A stretch of 64,000 nucleotides of DNA, taken from the NCBI GenBank assembly GCA_019057385.1, contig JAHQJS010000004.1:676962-740961 (forward strand), written 5' to 3'. This DNA is from Candidatus Borrarchaeum weybense. GTDB lineage: Archaea; Asgardarchaeota; Sifarchaeia; Borrarchaeales; Borrarchaeaceae. The notes under the pieces were generated by a model, which was not told where the DNA came from, did not search any database, and saw nothing but the letters and a program-made list of their open reading frames with translations. Of this stretch, positions 1 to 10,237 are shown piece after piece; the first letter of the stretch is position 1, and each line of letters starts with the position of its first letter. The position numbers and the translations under genes were made by a program.

Positions 1-2
1 AG

Positions 3-1370
3 GTGCTCACTGAACTTGATCTGTCAATGACTAAGTCTATCTCTGAGGTCATGGAGAAGGTCAAAACAAAGGTAAATGAGTTGCCTGATGGAACCTGGCT
101 CAAAGGTCATGGTTGGGATGAAAGTAACTGGACCGAGAAAAGATATCCCACAAAGAAGGATATGGATCCAGTATCTCCTAATCATCCAGTTGTTCTTACA
201 CCATATTACTGGCATATGGTTACAGTGAATAGCCGTGCTCTCGAACTAGCTAAGATTAATAAACAAACTCCAGATCCTCCTGGAGGAAAGATTGAGAGAG
301 ATCTGACAGGTGAAGCCTCTGGAGTGTTGAAAGAGGAAGCAATGAAGTTAATCGATAAAGCACAACCGCCATTAACTGAAACACTAGCAATGAAGGCTAT
401 AGAGAAGGCATGTGAGATCGTGTTACAATGGGGCTGCGCGAGTATTCACGAGTTAGCCTCAACTTCAAGTGATTTAAACACCTATCAAAAAGCTTTTGAA
501 AAAGACCTTCTAAAGGTACGCTCATATGTCTTACCGGCGACACGGTATATTGAGAATCTGTTAGATGGACTGGATACTCTCGGTATCAGAACTGGCTTTG
601 GTAATGAATTTGTCAAACTAGGCTCTGTGAAAATCTGGTTTGACGGCGCAATGGGATCACATACAGCTGTATTTTCTGAACCCTATGCCGATGATCCGAC
701 AACAAGTGGATTATATACGATTTCTCCTGAGCAACTCAACTTAACTGTAGCAAGGGCACATAAAATAGGAATGCAAGTTGCTATTCATGCCATTGGCGAT
801 AAGGCAATCGAGGAGGCTCTTGATGCTATAGAAATAGCGGTTAAGGATGAACCAAGAAAAGATCATCGTCACAGGATCGAACACTGTGAAGTCATCAACG
901 AAGATCAAATACGAAGGATGAAGCGGCTAGGAGTCATTGCTGCAGTACAGCCCAATTTCGTTGGAGAGTGGGAACATCCTGGAGGAATGTATGAGCAACG
1001 ATTAGGTTTAGAACGCCTGAAACTCTGCAATCCGTTTAGGAATCTAATCGATGAGGGGATTACTGTTACATTTGGAACTGACTGTGGCTATTGTCCACCC
1101 TTTCCCTTTAATCCTTTGTATGGTCTATGGTCCGCTATATGCCATCCTATAGAGGCGCATCGCATCACATTAGAGGAAGCTGTGAAATGTTATACGCTTA
1201 ATGGTGCATACGCTTCCTTTGAGGAAAAAATAAAGGGATCAATTGAACCAGGAAAACTTGCCGATATAGCGATTCTATCGGAGGACTTGACCGCAATAGA
1301 TGCAGAAAGAATCAAAGATGTAAAGGCAGATCTGACGATGGTAGGTGGAAAGATTCAATGGCAAGCGTAA
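3..1370 (+). CDS. Amidohydrolase 3 family protein (YtcJ-like), 5'-truncated by window edge
   Basis: Motifs H..VNSRAL, PDPPGGKIERD..G..GVLKE.A, VKIWFDGAMGSHTA, HAIGDKA, RHRIEHC, FGTD, YTLNGAYA..EE..KGSIEPGKLAD. Confidence 0.9.
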   Translation: MLTELDLSMTKSISEVMEKVKTKVNELPDGTWLKGHGWDESNWTEKRYPTKKDMDPVSPNHPVVLTPYYWHMVTVNSRALELAKINKQTPDPPGGKIERDLTGEASGVLKEEAMKLIDKAQPPLTETLAMKAIEKACEIVLQWGCASIHELASTSSDLNTYQKAFEKDLLKVRSYVLPATRYIENLLDGLDTLGIRTGFGNEFVKLGSVKIWFDGAMGSHTAVFSEPYADDPTTSGLYTISPEQLNLTVARAHKIGMQVAIHAIGDKAIEEALDAIEIAVKDEPRKDHRHRIEHCEVINEDQIRRMKRLGVIAAVQPNFVGEWEHPGGMYEQRLGLERLKLCNPFRNLIDEGITVTFGTDCGYCPPFPFNPLYGLWSAICHPIEAHRITLEEAVKCYTLNGAYASFEEKIKGSIEPGKLADIAILSEDLTAIDAERIKDVKADLTMVGGKIQWQA

Positions 1371-1400
1371 ATTAATCGGTCTAGTGTAGATAAAAACTGT

Positions 1401-1576
1401 GTTCACAATGTGACTAGTTCTGTTAAAATTTTGCGCGTGAATTTCAATAACGCTCTTCATCGCTGGTCATCTTGCTCGCTAACGATGCGGACGGGCTTGA
1501 TTGATAATATTTGGACTGTTAAACGGTTACAGATCGCGATTATTGCTTCTATCATCATCAAATCAAAAGGACTACC
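1401..1576 (+). mobile_element. Degenerate 3' remnant of an IS1-family transposase with putative right end
   Basis: Translation VHNVTSSVKILRV...RWSSCSLTMRTGLIDNIWTVKRL resembles the IS1-type C-terminus (HN..R..K.LR...W..R.PAM.AGLTDHIWTV.ELL); GGACTACC at 1569-1576 is the reverse complement of a GGTAGT-type IS end. Confidence 0.5.
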
Positions 1577-1811
1577 CAAAAGTTTACAGACACGAATAGA
1601 TATATTTCCGGATATATTTGTATGTTTCTGAGTGATAATATATTTTTCAAAATCATCGAACTATAAGAGGGGTCTGGGAAATTGCAAATATTTCAGAAAG
1701 AAGTGAGCTTATTTATCTTAGCTTTCCTTCCCTTCCCCCCTTCTTTCTTTGAAAATTGTAATTAGTTCGCTTAATTGGAATAATTGGAATGCATTTAAAG
1801 GAGTGAAGGAA

Positions 1812-2267
1812 ATGTCTGAAAGACCAAAGGGTTTACGTCTTGTTAGTACCATACAATTCATTGGAGGAATCGCTGTTGCTGCTAGTTCTTCATTAGCCTT
1901 CTTCCTCGCAATATATTTGACACGCCGAATGATGTCAGATGTTTATTGGTCCGATTATGACCTTATAGTAACGCCTAGATTTATACGATTTGCAACGATG
2001 TTCGGAATTACGCTACTTATTGTAGGCATTCTAGGGTGTATTACGGCATATGGACTTTGGAAACTCAAGCCTTGGGGCTTTTTTGGGTCAATAACTGCAA
2101 ACGGTCTTATAATACCTGTATTTCTTTGGATAGGAGACCATTTGTTTGTAGAGTGGTTTGTTGGTTCGCCACTCCGGCCTTTTATTTGGATTATGATAGC
2201 TTCTTTACTCTGGATTCCGATAGTCTTTTTGGTATATCTATTCTTCATCAGAGAACATTTCAAGTAA
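1812..2267 (+). CDS. Small multi-pass membrane protein
   Basis: ATG at 1812 preceded by GGAGTG; about four hydrophobic segments; RPKG...GLWKLKPWG pattern. Confidence 0.75.
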   Translation: MSERPKGLRLVSTIQFIGGIAVAASSSLAFFLAIYLTRRMMSDVYWSDYDLIVTPRFIRFATMFGITLLIVGILGCITAYGLWKLKPWGFFGSITANGLIIPVFLWIGDHLFVEWFVGSPLRPFIWIMIASLLWIPIVFLVYLFFIREHFK

Positions 2268-2325
2268 TAACATAACTTTACCAACTGTTCTGGAGTTTAT
2301 CTAAACAGACTAGGAGGGAAAATAG

Positions 2326-2994
2326 ATGGTGAGAAAAAAAGCAAAAGTTCTCATAAGTTTCATTAGTGCACTCATAGTTTTTCTCTTAGCTAGTACCGCA
2401 ACAACAACAGTTGCGGCTGGAGACTGGGGGAATTTAAAGGTTCGCGACGAAATAGAATGGAAAATAGTGCCAGATCCAGTAGACTTCCCTGACTTAGCAG
2501 TATATGTGGAATTAAAGATTACGGGTTTTAGGGAGGCAGACATGGCGTATAGATATAGTATGACTGCAGTTAATGATTCGTCCACCGATGTTATTCATAC
2601 TGATGCTCAAGGCACGGCCGACGAGGAAGCATGGTATGTATTTTCACAGAGTTACCTGCAAAAAATGAAAGCGTATGCAGAAGATGATCCGAATATGACA
2701 TGGACAGAGACCGATTTTAATTGGAAGGGAACTAATTACAAGGCATACTACTTGAAACGAATTGATGATGGGGGTATCTTTGAAGGTTGGATGGATCAGG
2801 GCACGGGAATCTCCTTTGAAATATGGTGGACTATTGGCGGAACAACTTATACATATGTTGAACTGGAGAGGACAACCGCCAATCTAACTGAAACTGAGGG
2901 ATTGTGTCTAGGTACAATCCTTATTGCTTTCGTTTCTGTTTCAACACTTGTCTCTTATAGCATTGCACGATATAAGAAAAAGAAAAGGACCTAA
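2326..2994 (+). CDS. Secreted protein with C-terminal membrane anchor
   Basis: GGAGG SD, basic plus hydrophobic signal peptide, C-terminal TM helix followed by KKKKR. Confidence 0.8.
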   Translation: MVRKKAKVLISFISALIVFLLASTATTTVAAGDWGNLKVRDEIEWKIVPDPVDFPDLAVYVELKITGFREADMAYRYSMTAVNDSSTDVIHTDAQGTADEEAWYVFSQSYLQKMKAYAEDDPNMTWTETDFNWKGTNYKAYYLKRIDDGGIFEGWMDQGTGISFEIWWTIGGTTYTYVELERTTANLTETEGLCLGTILIAFVSVSTLVSYSIARYKKKKRT

Positions 2995-3178
2995 GTCCAC
3001 ATTTCTTTTTTTCATCCATTTTAGTTACTCTAGGTATGGATACTGTCCTTGTTTAATCCAATTCTTCTATTCTAATAATCTCACTGTTGAGGTTGTTGTT
3101 GAGGTTTGGTCTAAATGAAGCTGTTTCCAAAGACGGTACAAAAAGAGAGGAAGTCATTAAAATAACGGAGGTGATCAG

Positions 3179-4012
3179 TTGAGGAAAATAGTTCAAACAA
3201 TGTTATTAGTAATGTTACTTGCCACAGGCTTTTATTTAATTCCTCCTGTAAGTGCGTCCACAAGTGAAATAGGATTCAATTATACGTGGGAGGAAGAAAC
3301 TGGCACTGAAATACACTTTAACTTTGTGTTTGATGTAACAACGACAAGCCCATCACTGCTGTTTGGTGGGACTGAACGCTTCCACATTGACCTTCAACCA
3401 TCTCGTACAGAACTTAGTCTTGAGTTGGTAATGAATGGATACGGATTCTGGGACGTAACCTTTGAGAGCGAAGCACCAATAGGAGAAGAGACATTTAGAA
3501 TTGAAACACCAAGTTTGAGAGATCAATACGGAATAGAAGCGTTTTTGATTGGTGTTGATGGTACTCCTTATGTAAGTTATTCAGATGATGGGAGGCTTAG
3601 TGCAAGTGGAACATTAAGTTGGAATGATGCTGGTAGCAAATCATTCAGTGTAACCGCTCCATCAGGTATTGGTGATGGAGATATAAGAGCAACATGGCAA
3701 TATGAATGGAAGGTTCGCTTTGGTTTGGATCTTGTAGGAATTGGAGACCTTTTCAACGAGTGGAATGAAATGGGTGATTTAAAAAGTCCACGAATGCAAA
3801 ACTATCATCTATATTACGGATTTGGCTGGCTTGTTGTTGTTCTTGTAATTATTGTGGCTATTCCAGTAGCACTGGTTATTAGAAGAAAGAGAAAACTCAA
3901 GCCAGAACTTGAAGCAGAACCAGAACCTTCAGAAATGTATTGCAGGTCTTGTGGAAAGCCTATTTCAACGACAAGTGAATATTGTAACTTCTGTGGGACA
4001 AAGGTTGAATAA
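3179..4012 (+). CDS. Single-pass membrane protein with cytoplasmic zinc ribbon
   Basis: GGAGGTG SD, signal peptide, TM helix then RRKRK, C-terminal CRSC...CNFC. Confidence 0.8.
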   Translation: MRKIVQTMLLVMLLATGFYLIPPVSASTSEIGFNYTWEEETGTEIHFNFVFDVTTTSPSLLFGGTERFHIDLQPSRTELSLELVMNGYGFWDVTFESEAPIGEETFRIETPSLRDQYGIEAFLIGVDGTPYVSYSDDGRLSASGTLSWNDAGSKSFSVTAPSGIGDGDIRATWQYEWKVRFGLDLVGIGDLFNEWNEMGDLKSPRMQNYHLYYGFGWLVVVLVIIVAIPVALVIRRKRKLKPELEAEPEPSEMYCRSCGKPISTTSEYCNFCGTKVE

Positions 4013-4355
4013 AAGGAGCAGAATTATGAACTGCTGAAGTTTAAGCCGACTCTTAGGCTCTAAAAATAGAAAAAGGACGGAAAATGAGAATCCTAATAGT
4101 GGACTCCCTAGAAGTTATGAGGGATTAGGATTTAAAAATGAATCAAAGCTCTATGGCTCGTTAGATGGATCCCGGCCTGTATGTAAGTTTCACTTTCGTG
4201 TTAATACTTATTTCTGTCATTTTGTATACTTCAACACGCATCTAAGTTGATATTACTCTTTTATCATTCATTTCTTTTCAAATGAAGTTATCTAGTTTTT
4301 TAAATTAAATTAGATAAAAAATAAATTCTATATTGGCAAGCACAAAACTGATTCT

Positions 4356-5111
4356 CTATCCAAGCATGTACAAGCCTGCAAATGGTCGATGAGATACTGG
4401 TTTCACCACAATGAATTCCCCGTCTAATAGTTTTTCCAATGGTATACCAAACAAAGTTGAAAACTTCTGTAGAGTAGATTCTACTTTTTTCATATCTTGT
4501 TCTTTTGCCACATGCATTTTTGTTCCAACACCGAGTTGGTCTTCAGTTACTTTTCCTCGAATGAAGATTTTTCCGCCATGCATTCCCGTACCTACCCATT
4601 CACCCACTGGTGATCCATTTTTGCGGTTCATTCCTAGGACTATAATTGTCCCACCTGCCATATATTCGCCACAGAAATCGCCAACGGATCCTCCTATGAT
4701 GATTACTGGTTTCTTGTTGTGATATTCTTTCATATGGATGCCTATTCTATATCCTCCATTACCTTGAGCTAATATTTCTCCTCCACGCATTCCATAGCCC
4801 GCAATGTCTCCAATATTGCCATGAATGATGATTTCGCCAGCATCCATAGTATTTCCTACGCCGTCTTGAGTGTTCCCAAAGATTTCTATCGTTGGACCTC
4901 GCATAAAGGCGGCAAGATCCTGTCCTGGAGTCCCAAAGACATCTATTTTTAATTTAACGTCCTTTAATCCCGTACCGATATATCTCTGGCCGTTTACGTT
5001 TTCAAGTTTAAGATAGTCAACTTTATCGATCGTGGCAGCATGATATACTAATTCATTTAATTCTCGAAATGTTAATGACTCCGCATCAATAACACTTTCT
5101 TCTTTCTCCAT
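4356..5111 (-). CDS. gltB3: Glutamate synthase domain 3 subunit (GXGXG beta-helix), copy 1
   Basis: NVNGQRYIG, GTPGQDL, DGVGNTM, GEYMAGG, GTGMHGG; in operon with domains 1 and 2. Confidence 0.88.
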   Translation of the reverse strand: MEKEESVIDAESLTFRELNELVYHAATIDKVDYLKLENVNGQRYIGTGLKDVKLKIDVFGTPGQDLAAFMRGPTIEIFGNTQDGVGNTMDAGEIIIHGNIGDIAGYGMRGGEILAQGNGGYRIGIHMKEYHNKKPVIIIGGSVGDFCGEYMAGGTIIVLGMNRKNGSPVGEWVGTGMHGGKIFIRGKVTEDQLGVGTKMHVAKEQDMKKVESTLQKFSTLFGIPLEKLLDGEFIVVKPVSHRPFAGLYMLG

Positions 5112-5115
5112 ATTA

Positions 5116-6624
5116 TTACGCTCCAGCTGGTTTTACTCCGAGTACATCGAGGGTAGGCTGTGTCAATTCAATCGCTCTTAAACGATCTCGATTGCTCCTT
5201 AGACTTTCGATGGAATTTAATCCGAGTGCTCCTAGTATCTCCTTTAGTTCATCATTCCATGCTCTAATTAGATTTGCAACTCTTTGCGCCGCTTCTTGAA
5301 CTTTTAACCTCCTAGTCAAATCAGGACGTGTAGTTGCAATACCCCATGGACATATCCCTCTATAGCACTGTTGACATACACGGCAACCCATAGCTATTAA
5401 CACCGGAGTTCCAATTTGTATTGCATCCGCACCCAGCGCAATTGCCTTGGCAACTTCAGCAGCAGATCTAATTGAACCCATTGCGATGATTGAACCCCAA
5501 TGCCTTATGCCTTCATCCCTCAATCTCTGATCTACTGAAGCAATGGCAGCCTCGATTGGTATACCCAAGTGGTCCCGTATCGCCGTAGGTGCTGCTCCTG
5601 TGCCTCCGGTTAATCCATCAAGAAGTATCCCGTCTGCTCCTGCACGCAAGATACCGCTTGAAATCGCTGCGGAATTATGAACCGCGGCAATTTTTACAAA
5701 GACAGGTTTCTTGTAGCGCGTAGCTTCCTTTAACGCATAAATGAGCTGTGATAAATCCTCTATTGAGTAAATGTCGTGATGTGGTGCAGGGCTGAGGGCG
5801 TCTGAACCTTTTGGAATCATTCTCGTTTGAGATATCGCCTGGCTAACCTTTTCGCCTGGCAAATGGCCACCTATACCGGGCTTTGCACCTTGGCCAATTT
5901 TTATCGTCATTGATGCTGCGACATCTAGGTAATCTGCATGAACACCAAATCGTCCACTTGCCACTTCAACATCAATATAATCGCCGTATTCGTATAACTC
6001 GACGGGAAGCCCTCCTTCTCCTGAGCCAAATATAGTGCCTACCTCCTTCGCTGCCATCGCCAGTGCTTTAAATGCGTTGAAAGAAAGTGCACCATAACTC
6101 ATATGACTGATCATAATCGGTGTTTCAAGTTCCAGTTGAGGTGAAACGCTCGTCTTTAATTCTACATTATTGTCAATGTCATTAAATTCGAGTTTTTCAG
6201 GTTTTTTGCCAAGAAATGTTTTAATTTCAATGGGCTCCCGCAAAGGGTCGATTGATGGGTTAGTTACTTGGCAAGCATCTATTACTAAACGATCAAACAG
6301 TCGAGGGTAGGGAAGGGGTGTGCCAACTCCCGCAATTAACGCAGAACCCGTATTGGCCTGCATCCATATGGCACGCTTAGTATCATCATTATATACGTAA
6401 TGATAAGGAAGAGTTCCTGGATGCTTTTCAATGGTTATAGCCTGTTGTGGACACATAATGGCGCATCTTTGGCACGCAACACAATTCTCATCTATCGGTT
6501 TAGGTCTATCTGTATATGTCATGGCATCAAACGTGCAGTTAATCATGCATCGTTTGCAATGTTTGCACTTTTCATAATCTACAGTTATTTTATACTCTGG
6601 TAATACACCCGCCATCACTATCAC
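5116..6624 (-). CDS. gltB2: Glutamate synthase FMN-binding subunit with N-terminal 2x[4Fe-4S] ferredoxin, copy 1 (start possibly 6615)
   Basis: MSYGALS, GEGG, ASGRFGV, IKIGQGAKPGIGGHLPGEKV, SPAPHHDIYSIEDL, C..C..C...CPWGI. Confidence 0.93.
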   Translation of the reverse strand: MIVMAGVLPEYKITVDYEKCKHCKRCMINCTFDAMTYTDRPKPIDENCVACQRCAIMCPQQAITIEKHPGTLPYHYVYNDDTKRAIWMQANTGSALIAGVGTPLPYPRLFDRLVIDACQVTNPSIDPLREPIEIKTFLGKKPEKLEFNDIDNNVELKTSVSPQLELETPIMISHMSYGALSFNAFKALAMAAKEVGTIFGSGEGGLPVELYEYGDYIDVEVASGRFGVHADYLDVAASMTIKIGQGAKPGIGGHLPGEKVSQAISQTRMIPKGSDALSPAPHHDIYSIEDLSQLIYALKEATRYKKPVFVKIAAVHNSAAISSGILRAGADGILLDGLTGGTGAAPTAIRDHLGIPIEAAIASVDQRLRDEGIRHWGSIIAMGSIRSAAEVAKAIALGADAIQIGTPVLIAMGCRVCQQCYRGICPWGIATTRPDLTRRLKVQEAAQRVANLIRAWNDELKEILGALGLNSIESLRSNRDRLRAIELTQPTLDVLGVKPAGA

Positions 6625-7760
6625 GTCTTTTGAGTAATTGACATTTCAATGCCTCTATGTCGTTCAATGGCTTCTTCTTCTAGTTTGGCAATTATTGGAT
6701 GCCCCGCTTTTGGCGCCCATACGTCTTCTGGGTTCTTTTCTATAGAACGTATCGCCTGTTCTTCACTTGACATGTAAACTTTGTCTTCTTTTACTCCAAC
6801 AATGAGCGGACGAAGTTTTATTCTATCATTCAGGCCTAATAGGGTCGTATTGTTCGCTACCAATATGCTAAAAGGCCCATTAAGTAATGCAGAAGCGTAA
6901 GTAATGCGAATTGATTTTAAAATTAGCTTCTTTTGTAATGAAGGTTCCCGTTCTATCTGTGACCAGAATCTAGGAGCAAGTGCTTCACAAGCTAACGCAA
7001 GAGGCAGCTTATGGCGTCTAACTAGCAGGTCAAAGAGATATGCGACGACTTCTGTATCTGTTAGGAGAGTGCACTTATATCCATACATTTCTAGGTATCG
7101 CTTGTTGGTTCCATAAGATGAAATCTCGCCGTTGTGAATCACAGACCAATCCAGTATGTTGAAGGGATGTGCACCGCCCCACCAACCAGGCGTATTCGTT
7201 GGAAATCGCGTATGTGCTAACCAGAGGTATCCTTTGTATTCTTCTAGTCTATAAAATGCTGCGACCTCATCTGGATGTCCAACAGCTTTAAACACACCCA
7301 TGTTTTTTCCGCTTGACAAAACGAATGCATCGCCGATATTTTCATTGATATGCATCACTAATCTTATTATGTAATTATCTTCCTCTGTCTTCTGCATGTT
7401 CTTATCAGGGGTTTCTAGAAAAAACCTCCAGAGGATGGGAGGGTTAGTTATTTCGCTCACTTTATTAATGGGGATCTTTTCGTCAGCAACGATTGTTGCA
7501 TTCTTTGCAAGATAACTTTCAACATTCGTCAGGGCCGTTTCATCTTTTGTCATTACCTGCACAGCATATTTATCAGAATACTTTGGAAAGATTCCATATA
7601 CTGCAAATCCAGCACCTAAACCATTACCGCGAACTTTCATTGAATTAATCATTTTAATTGGATATTTGCCTTCGATCAGTTTTCCTTCTTTGCTTAAGAT
7701 CCCTGCAAGTCCGCAGCCATCTATAATTTTATCATCATGATATTGGACCATCATCTTCAC
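6621..7760 (-). CDS. gltB1: Glutamate synthase class II glutamine amidotransferase subunit, copy 1
   Basis: CGLAG after short propeptide, RGNGLG, HTRFPTNT..WWGGAHPF, HNGEI, DTEV, DRIKLRP. Confidence 0.9.
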   Translation of the reverse strand: MKMMVQYHDDKIIDGCGLAGILSKEGKLIEGKYPIKMINSMKVRGNGLGAGFAVYGIFPKYSDKYAVQVMTKDETALTNVESYLAKNATIVADEKIPINKVSEITNPPILWRFFLETPDKNMQKTEEDNYIIRLVMHINENIGDAFVLSSGKNMGVFKAVGHPDEVAAFYRLEEYKGYLWLAHTRFPTNTPGWWGGAHPFNILDWSVIHNGEISSYGTNKRYLEMYGYKCTLLTDTEVVAYLFDLLVRRHKLPLALACEALAPRFWSQIEREPSLQKKLILKSIRITYASALLNGPFSILVANNTTLLGLNDRIKLRPLIVGVKEDKVYMSSEEQAIRSIEKNPEDVWAPKAGHPIIAKLEEEAIERHRGIEMSITQKT

Positions 7761-9084
7761 AATCCAATTTCTTTTTTAAAAGTTTTAGTTTTATTTTTTT
7801 CAATTCAGGAAGATCTAATTCTTCTCTAAAAACACTTGAGTCGGGTAATCCTCGTCCAGAGGCTAATAACATGTTTTTCTTTTTATTTATGAAATCTGGG
7901 ATTTTTCCTCTCTTAGAAGCCATATTTTTTAATTGAGTGAAGAAATCTGTCAACCCAAAACACTGTGGGCATAATTCGTAGCAGGTGTGACATGCAATAC
8001 AATTCCAAAACTCTCCTGCATCGATAACACTTTCTAAATTTCCATTTAACACGTCCTGGACTATCTTATGAGGCTCAAAGTCCTCTACTTCCGCAACTGG
8101 GCAATCTTCTTCACAAGCACCGCATGAAGCACATATTCGTAGAGATTCATAGTCAAAATGACGTTTTATTTCATCAAGAGCAATCTGTTTCATGCGCAAT
8201 TTTTGAAATACACTATCAGTTGGAATAACATGATACGGAAAACTAATTTCTACAACATCCTCCATGCCAAGTGCAATTCCAAGAAGTTCCAAGAAGTAGA
8301 ATGTAGGGATCTCAAAATTGGTTTCATCAATTCTATTTACCTGAAACTGTGCTAAATCATATTGACTAAAACAATATGGACAAACAACCGCAATACCATC
8401 TGTGCCCCGATGTTGGAGCGATTCAAGTTTTAATCTTACAAGATCGTAGGCTGCCTGTTCAGAAGTCGAAGAGAGACTTCCTCCACAGCATAACATTTTT
8501 TCAGGATAATTTAATGGTGTTGCACCTATTGCTTCTATCAACCTATCAAAGACACTAGGATCAATAGGATCGTCAAACAGAATCTTATCGCTTGGTCTCA
8601 GAAGGTGACAGCCTGGATGCGTTGCAATTGTTACTCCAGTTAATGGGCGGGTTATGTGCTCTTCAATTTCTATTGGACCAATATCGAATGCCAAAACTTC
8701 TAAAATATCTTTTACGTGAACAGAGCCATTATAGTGTAATCCTTCTTCTTCAGCAAGTAGTTTATTAATTTCGTTTCTAAGGGCGCTATTTTCCTTAAGT
8801 TCCATATTTACGTTTTTTAACGTGCCATAGCACCCATTACAAAAGGAGATAATGTCAAGACCTCTTTCTTCGGCAATCGCGAGGTTTCTGGCAGCGATGG
8901 CGTACCAAGTCCTTTCATCATATCCTCTTATGCTAAGGGGATCAGGACAGCAACTGAAGTCATCTAAGTCAATAATATCGACTCCTAATTTCTCAAGGAC
9001 GCGTTTCGCTAATATTTCGATGTAGGGATATTTATTTTGGATCAAACAACCGTAAAACGCAGCATATTGTTTGTCTTTTTTCAT
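7735..9084 (-). CDS. Heterodisulfide reductase B-like (2x CCG) fused to C-terminal HdrC-like 2x[4Fe-4S] domain
   Basis: FYGC, SCCPDP, CNGC, HPGCH, CCGG, VCPYC..QYD, then CASCGACEEDCP and WNCIACHTCYELCP. Confidence 0.88.
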   Translation of the reverse strand: MKKDKQYAAFYGCLIQNKYPYIEILAKRVLEKLGVDIIDLDDFSCCPDPLSIRGYDERTWYAIAARNLAIAEERGLDIISFCNGCYGTLKNVNMELKENSALRNEINKLLAEEEGLHYNGSVHVKDILEVLAFDIGPIEIEEHITRPLTGVTIATHPGCHLLRPSDKILFDDPIDPSVFDRLIEAIGATPLNYPEKMLCCGGSLSSTSEQAAYDLVRLKLESLQHRGTDGIAVVCPYCFSQYDLAQFQVNRIDETNFEIPTFYFLELLGIALGMEDVVEISFPYHVIPTDSVFQKLRMKQIALDEIKRHFDYESLRICASCGACEEDCPVAEVEDFEPHKIVQDVLNGNLESVIDAGEFWNCIACHTCYELCPQCFGLTDFFTQLKNMASKRGKIPDFINKKKNMLLASGRGLPDSSVFREELDLPELKKIKLKLLKKKLDCEDDGPIS

Positions 9085-9200
9085 GTGAGCATGATCTCCT
9101 GTTTACATCTGACAACATATTTACATATATCAAGGTATTAGACAAAGTGTTAATAAATCTTGTTATTTTGACTATTTGTACTGAGTAGGGCTATTTATAC

Positions 9201-9243
9201 TGAACGTTTGATGATTTTGGAACGTATTTGTTGAACATTTTGA
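9201..9243. promoter_or_regulatory. Putative operator TGAACGTTTGAT (plus variant TGAACATTTTGAT) upstream of glutamate synthase operon 1
   Basis: Identical 12-mer at 35789-35800 upstream of operon 2, same orientation relative to the genes. Confidence 0.35.
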
Positions 9244-9377
9244 TATTCAACACTACGGGGTCTTTTTAAATAATTAATCAAAATGTCATAAATATACGTA
9301 AAGTCCATTTTTAGATAACAGATAATTATATATACTATAAGTCTAATATTATACTCAAAGTACAAAAAATAGGAAGT

Positions 9378-10154
9378 GTGAATATGCATCCGGCAATAAT
9401 TGGTATAATGTATGTCATAGCGTTCTCGGTTTTATCCGTAGTTATTATGGTTAAAACAAAGTTCAACAACTTGTTGCGAATTGGGCTTTTAATTGCAGCA
9501 TTGCTTGCGTTTTATGTGCTTCCAACTGGACATTTGATCGGCTTAATGCCTAAATTGGGTTCTAACGGTGTAATGGCTGAAACAGGAGACGTTGGATCAG
9601 GTATCGTTACAGCGTATTCTTTCCCTTTAGCATTGTTAGCACTCATTGTAACACTTGGTCTTACCTTCTTTGTAGGACGTGCATTATGTAGTTATGGATG
9701 TCCTGTCGGTGTAGTTCAAGAACTCCTCTATGAAGCCCCAACTGGCAAAAATGGCGGAAACAAACTGACCTTGCCTACAAAAATCAGTTATTTCATAAGA
9801 TTGGGAGTACTAGGTCTGATAGTTGTCCTAGTTCTTGTCTTTGGTCTTGGACTTATTCAAATAGCAGCACTGTCTCCATTGGTAATTCCTGTGGCGTTCA
9901 TTATAGGTGTTTGTATTATAGCATCAATTTTCGTATATAGACCCTTTTGCAGGCTTTTCTGTCCCTATGGTGCCTTGGCAGCATTAGTGGCGAAATTCTC
10001 CAAAGTCAAACCAGGGAAGGGAGATTCATGTACGGAGTGCGGACTTTGTGATATGAACTGCCCAACAGGAGAATTAAACGAAAAGTATGGTGAATGTTAT
10101 CTCTGTGGACGATGTGTTCGAACATGCAATGTAGATGCTGTAAAATTCTGCTGA
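9378..10154 (+). CDS. Membrane 4Fe-4S binding protein (NapH/YccM-like polyferredoxin)
   Basis: TM helices, GRALCSYGCPVG, RPFCRLFCPYGA, CTECGLC...CP, CYLCGRC...C. Confidence 0.88.
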   Translation: MNMHPAIIGIMYVIAFSVLSVVIMVKTKFNNLLRIGLLIAALLAFYVLPTGHLIGLMPKLGSNGVMAETGDVGSGIVTAYSFPLALLALIVTLGLTFFVGRALCSYGCPVGVVQELLYEAPTGKNGGNKLTLPTKISYFIRLGVLGLIVVLVLVFGLGLIQIAALSPLVIPVAFIIGVCIIASIFVYRPFCRLFCPYGALAALVAKFSKVKPGKGDSCTECGLCDMNCPTGELNEKYGECYLCGRCVRTCNVDAVKFC

Positions 10155-10237
10155 GAGTAGATGATTTTGCTATCTACGGATAGCATTTTTTTTAAATTTG
10201 AAAGAATTTCGTTATTAGGTAATTGAAGGTGTAAAAA

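Noticed and set aside
4356-5111. Formylmethanofuran dehydrogenase subunit C
   Set aside because: Shares the GXGXG fold, but the operon context with gltB1/gltB2 supports glutamate synthase domain 3.
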